Made by a program: the position numbers and the translations under genes. DNA of 64,000 bases. Source: Hyphochytrium catenoides (Eukaryota; Protista; Hyphochytriomycota). The stretch is from the NCBI GenBank assembly GCA_900088475.1, contig FLMG01000355.1:248001-312000 (forward strand). Reading direction: 5' to 3'. Below, in pieces: positions 37,701-49,180 of the stretch (within the stretch, counting starts at the first letter, position 1; the number at the start of each line of letters is the position of its first letter). Below the pieces are notes generated by a model that saw only the letters and a program-made list of their open reading frames with translations, did not search any database and was not told where the DNA came from.

Positions 37701-40700
37701 GTCGGGATGAAGCAGAACCAGGAAAAGGCGCTGAGCAGGAACACAATGAAGTAGAGGTGATGCTGCCGACGCTCTCAACCTTTGCTCGGATGTTTTGCTT
37801 TTTTGCCTCCATCACTGCGTCTTTTTTCACACAGCTCCCTAACTCTCTTGCGCACCTCCACCTCTCGCAACGTGTGTTTCTTGCATTGCTCAAGCAGCGT
37901 GAGGTAGATTCCTCGGAAGAGGAAAGCGATGGTATCGAGCGGGAAGTTGAGGAAGGGGACGAGGAGAACCAGAAGCAGCAGCAGCAGAAGGAGAAAAGCG
38001 GCACTCCATCTCCCGTCTCAAACGTAAAAGAGCACAGAGAGAGAGACGTACGCGGAAAAAGTAGTCAAGAGGCTGCCTCCATGCAGGAGACAACAGGGAT
38101 CGCTGAAAAATGTGCAAGAAAAGGAGAAAAATTAACTTCCGGTCACAATTTCTTGCAAGCCGTCACCGCTCCGACTGACCACATTATGACAAGGTTCCCC
38201 AGCCACTCGTTTATCAAACAACACCAGGAGAAAAAAGGAAGGAGAGAAGAGGTAATGGTTGTCAAGACGTCTAAACTTCCGCAAGGGGAGAAGAAGAAGA
38301 AGAAGAAGAAAGAGACAGTCGAGTCTGGTACTCAGACGGAGGTGAATGAGGATGGCTTCTGGGATATTAAGGTACTTTATCCTTCCCTCTCTTCTTTCAG
38401 CCTTATGTCCCTTAACTTGGGACGGAACTGATCAAAGGACCTGTTGGCTCTGTTTCCTTCCTCTCATACCATCCTAAACCTCTTGGAACTGTGCTAGGAC
38501 GGTATCCCTCTCTCTGTCTCCAGCGGAGCGGTGAGCCGCATACTCTGGCGCAAGGTCCGCTCATGGGTCCGATGCCCGGTCTGCAAGAGCAAGGGCGACT
38601 TTAAGTTCTTGGAGGAAATGGAAGAGCCAACGGTGAGACACATCAGGGATCAGGGGGAAGAAGGAAGGAGGAAAGTTACGCAAAAAGTGATTGACGAGAG
38701 CACCGAGGGTCAGGCCAGGGTGGTCAAGAAGGAGGGACAAACAGTAGTTGATGAGAGCATCATGTTGGACAGGGATAATCGATTGAGAAGAGACTCAGGC
38801 AAGAGGCATTATACTAACAGAACCATTTGCGGATATTGGGCAGAACGACTCTGTGCTTCTGTTCACGACAACGGCGGTAAAGAAAAAGCCCATAGCAGGA
38901 GGAGGAGCTTCGAAGAAGACGCGATCGCAGGTGGTGGAGACCCAGAAGAGGATATATGCCAAGCGTAACCAGCTGTAAGTGATGTCATTCATTGGTTGGA
39001 GGACGACTAGCCATACTAGAGGAGAAGAGAAAGAATAGGAGAGAGAATCAGTGGAAGAATAGTGGTAGGAGGCCTTTATTATCAACCTTTCTATCCTCTC
39101 GTTCTCGCCTCCTTTTCTTTCCTGTCTTACGTTTAATGCCATGCATCATGCCTCTTCTTCTTGCTTCGGTTCTCAGGCACATCCCAGGATACCTTCAAGA
39201 CCAACTTAGCCTTCTTCCACCTTCCATCCAAGCGGCTCCTCTTCTCTCTCGCTCGTGGCTGGCGGCAGAAGTGGAACAGATCTATGAGGAGATCAGGGAA
39301 GCAGAACTTCAGCAAGCAGCGACTGGGCTAAGGCAACAGAGTCTGGTATGAGGGAAGAATGAAAACAGCAAGAAAACCAAGAAATTGTCTCTTCTGCAAG
39401 CGGACTGTAGAAAGATGAGACACATTGGCTTGACTGACAACATACTGCTGCTATTTGTAACAGTATATTCCATGCTTATGCTTAGGTCTCTTCCTTCCCC
39501 TTCTACCCCTATGTTGCACCTCTCCTCCGCTCGGTAGCTGCGGAGGATCTGGGTAGAGGTTGAGTTTGAAGGGGAGCAGCAGAGAATGAAGAGAGGGAAT
39601 TTGGGATTATTTGATATGAAGGAGGGGAATAGCTACCGCTACTGTTGTCCACAATTCAACTACTGCCTCATGCCTTCGACCCGTCCTAACCACCATCTAT
39701 CTTGACCCCTGTTCCTTGTGCAGCTTGAGTTTGTGATAGACCGCAGCATAATGAAAACGGGCTCCAAACGTGGCTCAGATGCCTATCTCTACCACCTCCT
39801 CCGGGCAGTGCGAGAGCACTATCGAGGGCACAGGTAGTTGTTGAGATCCGTCCCATTTCTCTGCTTTTAACTGCTGGCCCGTGCCTTGTTATCTCCTTCT
39901 TCTTCCCACTTTCTCCTTCTTACCTCCTTTTGCTGCATAATGCTATATTATCTCAGGGGAGTTCGGACATTCGCACGGTTCTTGGGCCTTATCCACTCTG
40001 AACCTCGGATGCCAGCTGAGAAGAAACAATTATCTGGGAGCAGCGTAGAACAAGTGGGAGATCTAGAGAAGAAAGGTTCAGCCCTGCCAAATATAGAGGG
40101 AAGCTCCCATTCGAGGATAAAGAAGGTAGGAGGACATAGGCTGCTTCTGCTGAGAACAGAGACGACTCAGCAACTTGCTTTGCAAAGCTGACATCATATC
40201 ACCCGTCTGCTTTTGCACCTTCGTTTTCATCCCTCACCAATCATTTGCTTCCCTTTACTCACCATGACTTTTTATCATTATCGCCCATACTTTGCCATCT
40301 GCTGCTCTTTTCAGTCCTGGTATTTCTCTTTGCTCATTTTCTCGTTCTCCACAGCAGCAAGGGAAACCCTCCAATAACCCAGTCCCACCACCAAAGACAG
40401 ATCAAGAGGACAAGCATCAAAGCAGCTTAAAGGGACCACACCAAGGAGTAGGTGCCACAGCAGCGAGAGGAGAACGAAGGGATGTGCCGGAGGTCATGGG
40501 TCCTCGCATCTCCCAGCAGCAGGCTCACGTGTCCACCGGCTTGTTGGCGGCTCCTCAGAGCGACCTGCCGACGAACTTTCTGGTCATCTTTCTGTACATC
40601 CGCCACAAGATCTTATCATCCAACGCTCAGGCTGGGGAGGGTAGCGCCCTGGTGAGTTTGATTGCCTCTCTCCTCCCCTCTCCTCTTCTCTCTCCCTCTC

Positions 40701-42411
40701 TCTCTCTGTGCATGTCCTTACCTCTCCGAAAGTTTCGTCCTGACCAAGTTCCATCAATAAGCCGGCTGTATCCTAATATTATGCCATTTTCTCCCTCATC
40801 TCAGGGCTCTCTTCTGACTGAGTTTGATGACAAGAAGTGGATCACCCTGGAGTTTGCTGACCTGTGGCTCTTCACCGCCTTGGGAGATACAGTTGGCCCC
40901 CAGGCGCTAAAGAAATACTCGCGAGATGTACGTGGTCGCCCTAGTCGTTCTTCCCTCTTGCTCTCCCTCCCGATGGTTTGTTCACGAATTCTCGTTTCAT
41001 GCTTTCAAGCTTTCAGTCAATCTCTCTCTAGTTCTTTCTCTTGATTCTTTAATCGTTGTCCACAACTTCTTGTCGAACTTTATGATGCACTTCCGCCTCC
41101 TCTAGTCACGTTCTCACTGCGGCGCCATCCTCAATCAATCATCCTACCTTCTTTGCACTGCGTTACGAAGTGTATCTCACCTTGCACTTCCCCTCTTCAC
41201 TTTGTCTCTAAATCGGATGTCTACCTCTTCATTCAATCGGATTCCTGTATTGCTCTTTATAGCTGGAGCGGAACTCTTTCCTCTATAACTCTGGCACCAT
41301 CAAATCTACAAAGGGCAATCGCCTCCTTATCCGAGCTGCGGTGCATAAGATGCTGAAAGAGAGACTGGCAGCGAAGGAGGAAGGCGAAGGGCCATCCGGG
41401 GAAGAGGGGAAAGAGGAAGGATCTACAAGGGATTCCGTAGGAGAGAATTATGCTGAGCAAAGCCAGGAATCCGCACAGGAGATCATCGTCGTAGACTTGG
41501 ACTATGTGAGTGTTTCTCTGCGCCTTCTGCTCCTGTGTCCTGTTCTGCAATGAGAGTACGCTGTGTCTCCGCCATACTCGCTTTTAATCTCTTGACCTAT
41601 TCACACTTACCTCGAATGCACTCCTGAACGGGTCTTGATGCGACACTAAGCTGTCATACCTTCCTCACGTAGTTCCTTGAGGTTATTCTTAAGGCGCTGA
41701 AGAAGAGAGAAACGCTTCTCATTCAAAGGCTAGAGAGAGAGTTTATAGAGGTAAAGTCATCAGCTGCAGGTCCTTATGCATCATACGCCCGCGACAACAG
41801 TTCTTCCGTTAAAGCACGGCATCTTGTTGTACAGGGAGACGTCAATCAAGATGAGGTCCTTAGCTTCAATGAGTTTAGAGACATTGTAAAGCGCTGGGTC
41901 CCTCTCTACTCCGATACAATGATCCTAAGACTCTTCAAAGAGGCTGTGACAGGAGATAGCTACGTGGTCTCTCGCTCACACTTCGTTAAGGTGAAGAAAC
42001 ATGTCACTATGTCTAGCATTTTCTATGTTTTGGTCCTTTGTGTCTCCATAAATCTCTCCGATGTCACTCTGGTGGTATCGAGTTATAAGCAGCGGTATTG
42101 GGCTTCACATTGATCGGACTTAGTAAAGAGAAGCACTGAACCCACCCGTTTACTCTCACTTCGTTGTAACTACTAGTTGATCCGTCTATGAGCTCGCGCT
42201 ATTGACCAGTACACTGATAATAACCATTCTTCCTGGACAGATTTGCCGGGACTACGGTCTGGTACCTCTCCTTGACATNNNNNNNNNNNNNNNNNNNNNN
42301 NNNNNNNNNNNNNGTCCCGTGCTAGAGACAGCAGGGAATGGGAATAATACTGCTGATGAGAGCGACTACAACTCGGATGAGTCTGAAGAAGACATGGACG
42401 ATGAGCTCTAA
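34721..42411 (+). CDS. Large coiled-coil protein with C-terminal EF-hand (uncharacterised, possibly flagellar-associated)
   Basis: About 18 GT-AG exons. Coiled coils, a CPVC motif, LEFVIDRSIMKTG...VRTFARFLGL, and EF-hand loop DVNQDEVLSFNE followed by ILRLFKEA. Acidic tail ends with TAA at 42411. The 5' end is uncertain; the ORF at 33950-34381 may or may not belong. Confidence 0.7.
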
Positions 42412-42476
42412 CTCCATCACCGGCAGCATGACGCAGAAGAGATACGTAGGATGGGGGATACTGAGATGATTGGCCC

Positions 42477-43334
42477 TCACGACTGCGGCGGAGATGAGTA
42501 CAGTCGTTGCTGTATAGCAGGATGCACGTTTGCTACTTGTTGCTGGGGATAGGCGGCTTCAGAAGTATACATTGCCGCTGAGGCATAATGTGAGCTTGGA
42601 GCAGCTTGAGGGTACTCCTGATGGCCATATGGAGAATATTGAGGAGGCAGATGGCCTTGAGCTTCGTAGTAGCCCGCATATCCATGGTAGCCATCGTGCT
42701 GAGAGGAGTGACCCATGCTGTTAACATAAGAGTAATCTGCGTAGGAAGAAGACTCCGCCTCTTGATAGGACGAGGAAGACATTGGCTCGCTTGCGTGTTC
42801 CACATCGGCGAATACTGAGGCTTGAGGGCCCGTCCCACGGCTCAGAAGTGCAACCTGAGCTTTTATATCAGAATTCGTCTCTCTCGCAGGCTCTGTCTCC
42901 GTCGTCAGCTTCGAATCTGCTGCTCGGTCTCCTGCAGCCACTAAAGTCGCCTTAGTACTTTTGAACATCTTGTAGGCAAAGACCATGCTCACGGTTTTGA
43001 GTAACATGCAGAAGATTAACATGGTGAGCGCAAACCGATTCACGGGGCTAGCAGTAAGCCCCAAGCCAGTACAAGTCCCGGTCTCAATCGGAAAGGGATC
43101 ATAGCCCCAGATGCCTAAAAAAGCCACATCTATGATTATAGAGAATGGGAGGAGAAGAAAGTAGACGAAGAGGGCCTTGTTTTCCAAAGAATGTCGGCAC
43201 TGCCAACCCCAGATACCTAGGGCAATGTTATATGAGGGGAATCCCAGTGCGGAGACTTGAGTAAGGATGGCGCAGGTGAGCTGAAGCAGGGCCACTCTGC
43301 CTGCGCCCGTGTAGGGATCGATGGGCTTGGTCAT
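42477..43334 (-). CDS. Small multi-TM protein (AGTRAP-like N-terminal domain) with Tyr/Pro/Gln-rich cytosolic tail
   Basis: Intronless 285-aa ORF. Hydrophobic helices with YNIALGIWG, FSIIIDVAFL and RFALTMLIFCMLLK resemble the AGTRAP-type pattern. The tail contains PPQY. Confidence 0.7.
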   Translation of the reverse strand: MTKPIDPYTGAGRVALLQLTCAILTQVSALGFPSYNIALGIWGWQCRHSLENKALFVYFLLLPFSIIIDVAFLGIWGYDPFPIETGTCTGLGLTASPVNRFALTMLIFCMLLKTVSMVFAYKMFKSTKATLVAAGDRAADSKLTTETEPARETNSDIKAQVALLSRGTGPQASVFADVEHASEPMSSSSYQEAESSSYADYSYVNSMGHSSQHDGYHGYAGYYEAQGHLPPQYSPYGHQEYPQAAPSSHYASAAMYTSEAAYPQQQVANVHPAIQQRLYSSPPQS

Positions 43335-44542
43335 CGTCTATTGCTCTTTCTTCAGCTCAACAGTACTGTGATCATCAGAGCCTCTATACCATCCGACCCT
43401 AGTGACATACAGAGCGGTGAGGCGAGGCTGAGAGGAGAAGTGAGGCATCAGACGGGAGAAGAAGAGCTTGAGAAGAGCAGGGAGCTGGAGAACAGAAGCA
43501 GTGGGTCCAGTATGGGAGAAGAGTGACCCAGCGCCTGTGCGCCTGTTGCTTCTGACACAGCCAAGAAAAATCACCACTGCACTCCATCAACAAGAGGTTG
43601 GCTCCTGGGGGAGGAGTGGCGGAGCTGGCTGTAACGGACGGGTTGAATGCTAAAGCGGAAGATCCACTTGAGCCATTTTTGCAGCTAGCCGGCGGGTGCA
43701 CTGAGCCTTCGACTCTGGCACGCTGTTGATGGTGATGTTGGGAGGTACGATGCGCTAATCATTAGACGGTGATCTGGGAGCTGCGATGGACCGAGAACGG
43801 AGCGGTAGGCGCTACTGAGTGCTGGACGCTGCTACACCGATCTTGAGGAGCAGTGGAGGGGTAATGGGGACTCTGTAAATGGAGCTGGTAGTAAGGCTCA
43901 GACTCGGCGAGTGCCTCGCAGTAAGATGAAAGACCTGCCTGGTAAATAACGAAGGCAGAGTATTGGTGAATAATGCATAAGACCTTCTTATCTGAGCTAG
44001 TATCGTCAGATAGAGAGGGAAGAAACTGGGACACCTTGTAGCAGATAACAACATAGAAATGTGGACTTACGTTTGATGACTCGTTGTGCTTAAGGCAGAG
44101 TTACGTGCTGCAGGCTACCTGGCAGCATCACTTGAAGTAGATGAACACTCTCTGCTTCTGTCAACCAAACTTGCAGAACTTCCTTGTAACCCCACACCTG
44201 AACCGAGTGTAAGACTCCTACAAAGGAGAGAGCGGTGCAGCTCTCTTCTATCGTCTCGACCGCCGCTACAGAGTTGGTTACAGAGTGGAAAGCTCTCTGG
44301 CCAGCCTTCATTGTAGCATCAGGATTGATGTCGACTGTCATTTGTGTAGACTTGAACAGCAGGATGAGGTACGCGGACCAATGTCGACGGTAGATGAAGT
44401 AAGAAATGCATACAGTACTACCTTACATATTATTGAATTGAATCGTCTAGCGCTAAGGAAATTCCCCGCTATCTCAGGGGCTTGCTATGCTACAGTTGCA
44501 GTTTAAGAAGGGAGTCCCTTATGTCCTTCGTGCACTGCACCA

Positions 44543-45313
44543 CTAGATGGTCTTCTTACAGCCCCAATCTATCTTACCTCTGGTACTGTCTCGGACTCCC
44601 TTGTGATAACCTCTACCTTTCCCTAAACTGTATGCTATGAAGCCAGTGCCGAAAAGCCACCAAATTGAGAATTGCCTATACCTCCAGCTGCGATAACCAC
44701 TTCCACCTCGACGACTCCAGTCTTCGCTTCCTTGATAATAATGGCCCCCGTTATTGCCTCCGTCACCCCCTCCATCAGCACCGCTTGCCGACTTCTTGAA
44801 CTTCTCTTCATATTCCTGCTGGGCTTCGTGGAGTTTTGCCTGCCAGAACTTATATTCTGGGTCTCCATAACGGTGCTTGGCGTCAAACAAGAACTCTTTA
44901 GCCTTCTGGCCGAAAAAATCCATCTTCGACGTGCCATTGTGTCGGCCGTAAGGGACATTATAGTGCCCTTTGGAGAAATCCTGATGATGGGGCCCAGCTT
45001 GCTGATTTCCAGGGCTAGTCCGACTTCTACTATCATTCACTTCGGACTGATTATGGTCATTCCCCAACTTGGGATCTTCCCTGTTGCTACCATTACCACT
45101 GGTCTCAAAACTGCTGAAGTGCCGTCTTCCTGCCATTAAACTCCGTTGATCTCCTACTGCTGTCCGATGCCGTGTATTGCGAAGGTTTCTGCAGTGGATA
45201 AGCTGCTGCGTTCCCGCAATGGCAATGACCTTAGGAGCCATACTCAGCGCCACGCTAGGAAGGGCGCGGCCGAGTACCTGCCCGCTTTGTTGAACAGCTG
45301 CAGTCAGACTCAT
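44543..45313 (-). CDS. Hypothetical protein with probable mitochondrial presequence and one C-terminal TM helix
   Basis: Intronless ORF from ATG 45313. The N-terminus is Arg/Ala/Ser-rich, acid-poor and ends in RRHF|SS (R-3-type cleavage motif). TM segment FSIWWLFGTGFIAYSLG is followed by basic residues. Confidence 0.65.
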   Translation of the reverse strand: MSLTAAVQQSGQVLGRALPSVALSMAPKVIAIAGTQQLIHCRNLRNTRHRTAVGDQRSLMAGRRHFSSFETSGNGSNREDPKLGNDHNQSEVNDSRSRTSPGNQQAGPHHQDFSKGHYNVPYGRHNGTSKMDFFGQKAKEFLFDAKHRYGDPEYKFWQAKLHEAQQEYEEKFKKSASGADGGGDGGNNGGHYYQGSEDWSRRGGSGYRSWRYRQFSIWWLFGTGFIAYSLGKGRGYHKGVRDSTRGKIDWGCKKTI

Positions 45314-46084
45314 CTTGACCACGTCAATGTTTACTGGCTGGCTACTACTAGTTTTACTGCTGTCTCGTAAACTGCGATGCTTACTAACTGTTGAAAGGAA
45401 AGTCTTCTAATGAGAGGTTGAGTCACGGGTCAAATGTCATGGACAGTCCTTCAAGAACCTACACCAATGCCATCCAAAGCCCAATGACTTCAGAAAGCTG
45501 CTCCTGAGTCTGCAGTCCCTGTCAACATCATCCTTGGCATCATCATCAGAAGCGACAGATCCTTTCGATGCTGCTGGTCAGTGGAGACAGCCAATCACAG
45601 AGCAAAGAACGGCGTTAGAAACCAAGTTTGTGTCGCACGCTGACTAATTGATAATCAAAACTAAAGGGTAATCAACCCTGACAGTCGCCGGATCATGGTA
45701 AAAAGAATGAGGAACCGCCAGCTAGGTTTTGACAAGTGATAACCGATATACTGATGATTCTTGTGGTGATGTTGAACACTAATCAGTGATTGTTCTTTTA
45801 CCCGAAATATCTCCGCCTTGGTTAGGTCTAAGGCTTGTCAAACACTTAAGTCTCCATCATTTAAGTCCGATAAAAGTCCCAGAAAAAGTTGACCATACTC
45901 ATTATACCTGTACCTTCGCCTCCCAGGGTGAAAATGGCCTGACAAACATTCTCACGATGATTGCAACTAACATTGCTACTTATTCGCCATTTTTGTGATT
46001 CATATTCTCCGGGGTGGTTATAGGAGTAAGGCCTTAAGAGCTGTCTGAGTTCAAAATGAAGAATGGGTTTTTATTATAAAAAGC

Positions 46085-46798
46085 AACAAAAGAGAAAGAG
46101 AGGGAGAGAGAAAGAAAGAGAGAGAGGAGAGATGGAGGCAAAAAAGAGCAGGAGAGAGAGAGGAAGATCGATCTTGTTGTCTTCTCATCTCTTTTCTTGT
46201 CTTGCTTCGTCTCTCTTCGCCTTCTATCCCTCTTTCCTTCCATTGTATAGTTCTATCGTGAGGACGGAGCTCATCGCCCAGGCCTCTTTCCCTTTATTTA
46301 TAGATTATTCGATGATAAGCCATCAATCATAATATACTGCATTTTCCTTGAGGAGGTCTGCTGTGCAAGTAGAGAAGGCAGAGAGAGAGAGAGAGTAAAA
46401 GTGAGACAGAAAGAGAGAGTGAAATAGAGAGAGGAGAAAGAGAATTGCAGACTTTGCCCAGCAGGATGACTCTCTTGGTTATCTTTATCCGTTGTATCAG
46501 CAGCAGCTTCGTCATCATTAGGGTTTTCCTTTCCATACTGAGAAGGAAGAAGAGAAAATGAGAACAGATATCTCATGAACCTCTCTCTCTCTCTCTCTCT
46601 CCGCCCTCACTCTCTCTCTCTCTCTGTGACTTCTCTCTATCTTGGGTCTTGGCCTTCCACAGCTCTTCCTTTTTCATTCTTCTTATGGTCACGATCGCCC
46701 GGCTGGGCTTTTTCTTTGGTGAAAAGCAGATTGCAGATTGCTTTCACAGAAACAGGAAGTCAGAGAAAGAGAGGGAGAGAGAGAGAGAAAGAGAGAGC

Positions 46799-46832
<34 letters not shown>

Positions 46833-46938
46833 CGTGAGAGAGAGAGGAGGGTGTGCGAGAGAGGGAGAGCGAGAGAGGGAGAAAGAGAGAGAGAGAGGGT
46901 GTGAGAGGAAGAGAGCTGAGTGACAATGGGTAAAAAAG

Positions 46939-46969
<31 letters not shown>

Positions 46970-47005
46970 AGAGAGAGAAGAGAGGGCAAAGAAAGCGAGA
47001 AAGAA
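46085..47005. repeat. Cluster of alternating-polarity (GA)n and (CT)n tracts in intergenic DNA
   Basis: GA ~46090-46165, CT ~46180-46240, GA ~46370-46443, CT ~46580-46640, GA ~46762-47000. Confidence 0.9.
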
Positions 47006-47674
47006 CCGCGGAAGCCCTACTGTTGTTACAGTAGCGCTGTTTGTCATGATCCAAAAATTACTGATAAAATCTTCGCCAGAACACGATGGAGAGTCAGAGG
47101 AACTCCGCCGTCCAAAAACTCACAGGCCCAAAAGCCTAGCATCCACCTTTGTCGTAGTTCTGTCCTTGATGACTGTTTCCTAAGGAATAAAGAGACTAGA
47201 GTTAAACAACTATGACTATGCAAGCTCGGGCAGCAGAGACAACAGTCAAGCGAAGAGGCTGTGTAATGTGGAAGAGCAACTCCGATGACAGGAAGCAGAA
47301 GAAGAATAAACCTTGAGAGGCAAGAGTAATTGGTCTTCGACAGCAAGAATGAAGGTCGCCGCCGCCGACAGTCACATCTTGAGGTTCTTATTATCCTTGT
47401 CTCCTCATCACTTTTGTTCGACAGTCAGCAGAGTACAAGGCCAGAGTAGTGTGCTATCCGTCAGGTCATCCGCTCCGGAAAAAGAGAATGGCGCACCGCA
47501 CTTTCTGTTTTGACAGTAGGTTAAGATGTAGATGTCTTTTAAGAGAACGGACTTGCTCAGACTATCTCAATACCAGCATCATCCTCTAGCGGTGAATGAG
47601 TTTCAAGCATCCAGGGCAGACGGCATCCGGTAACCAAGGACTAGTTGAGAGTAGTGTTTCTTTTTTGCTTCGCC

Positions 47675-49180
47675 ATGGCCGCATCGTCGTGCGAGGCACC
47701 AGCCGATGAAAGTAGATTGGCCTGGGGTTCGCCGAAAGAGAGCAGTATGTCTGAAAGCATCCCCGTTGTCATTCGTAAGGCCACTCTGAGAGATGCAGAA
47801 GGTATTGCCAAGGTGCATGTGGACACTTGGAGGAGTGCTTATCAGGATATTATACCTGATAAGGTGCTGAAAGAGCTGAGCTATGAGCAGCGACAGAACA
47901 GATGGGAACAGAATATAACAGAGGCCAAGTCCGACATCTATGTGGCAGCGCTCAAGTCTGGAGATATCATAGGCTTTGTCACTTGTGGGCCGACCTTGGG
48001 AGCGGATGAACGACCATCCGCAGAGACTTTGAGTGCAAGCCTACCGTCTGCTGCCGAAGTGCATGCATTATACCTTCGGAAAGAGCTGCAAGGACAGGGA
48101 ATAGGAAAGAGGCTTCTTCAACACGCAGCCCAAACTTTGATGCGGAAGGGTCACTATTCAATGTTTCTTTGGGTCCTGCAGCAGAACGTCGCTGCTTGCC
48201 GATTCTATGAGTCACAAGGCGGAGAAAAAGTTGGCATGGCAACTGAGGAGATAGATGGCTCCCTCCTGCCCACGTACGCTTTTCTATGGCGACATATTCC
48301 TTCATCGCCGCTGTTGAGGACGTCTGGCTTGCCGCTGCAGCCATTAAACAACCAGGGAGCTTTGCCCGTAGCGCATGATGACGATAACGAGACTCTTATA
48401 GGTGATTCATTCCAAGGGAAAGACACTAACGGGAAGGTAAGAGGGCAACCAGCCGAAGAACTAGGGATCAAGAGCACACTAGATCATAGACTTGCCTCCG
48501 AGAGGAAGGGAAAGCTCTCAAGACCTGCCAGAGAGACCGAGTACTTGGCATACGCGAAGCCATTACCAATAACTGAGGAGGAGGTGGAAGGCAAGCCCGT
48601 TGTTCTTCGCGAAGGCAGGCTGGAGGATGCAGCAGGCATTGCTAAAGTGCAAGTCGATACCTGGAGATCCGCTTATGCAGGCATCTTACCCCGAGCTTTT
48701 CTATTAGAGGCGAGCTATGAGGAGAGGCGGAACAGGTGGGAAAGAACCTTAGCTTTAGGTGAGAGAAATGTACACGTGGCATGTCTCGAAGACGGTGAGC
48801 CGGTTGGGTTCATCAGCTGTGGCCCTGCGCGTCATCCGAAGGCCGCCAGTCAAGAGACTGACAAGACCACAAAGTATAATCTGCCCGAAGGCGAAGTCTA
48901 CGCTCTCTATGTCCGGCAGGAGCTGCAAGGTCTTGGGATTGGAAAGCTACTACTTCGCAAGGGAGCCGAATGCCTGTTTAAGCTTGGCTACTCGTCCATG
49001 TTCCTCTGGACTTTTGAGCAAAATGAAGCCGCCTGTCGCTTCTATGAGGCTCAAGAAGGACAGAAAACGGTTCAAATTCTAGAAGAAACAGCTGGCGTCG
49101 AGCTGCCCGTTTGTGCCTATGAGTGGCACCACATTCCGTCGATGAAGTTGATGACATCGCAGACTCCCGCCTTGCCCTAG
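47675..49180 (+). CDS. Tandem (two-domain) GNAT-family N-acetyltransferase, intronless
   Basis: Two homologous domains (IRKATLRDAEGIAKVHVDTWRSAY and LREGRLEDAAGIAKVQVDTWRSAY), each with acetyl-CoA motif A (QGQGIG, QGLGIG) and N..A.RFYE. ATG 47675 is in GCCATGG context; ATG 47747 is an alternative start. Confidence 0.92.
   Translation: MAASSCEAPADESRLAWGSPKESSMSESIPVVIRKATLRDAEGIAKVHVDTWRSAYQDIIPDKVLKELSYEQRQNRWEQNITEAKSDIYVAALKSGDIIGFVTCGPTLGADERPSAETLSASLPSAAEVHALYLRKELQGQGIGKRLLQHAAQTLMRKGHYSMFLWVLQQNVAACRFYESQGGEKVGMATEEIDGSLLPTYAFLWRHIPSSPLLRTSGLPLQPLNNQGALPVAHDDDNETLIGDSFQGKDTNGKVRGQPAEELGIKSTLDHRLASERKGKLSRPARETEYLAYAKPLPITEEEVEGKPVVLREGRLEDAAGIAKVQVDTWRSAYAGILPRAFLLEASYEERRNRWERTLALGERNVHVACLEDGEPVGFISCGPARHPKAASQETDKTTKYNLPEGEVYALYVRQELQGLGIGKLLLRKGAECLFKLGYSSMFLWTFEQNEAACRFYEAQEGQKTVQILEETAGVELPVCAYEWHHIPSMKLMTSQTPALP

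Noticed and set aside
43762-44341. Possible small spliced gene (ORF 44341-44090 plus a GTAAGT donor near 44070)
   Set aside because: No consistent in-frame exon chain or recognisable domain; may be UTR sequence.
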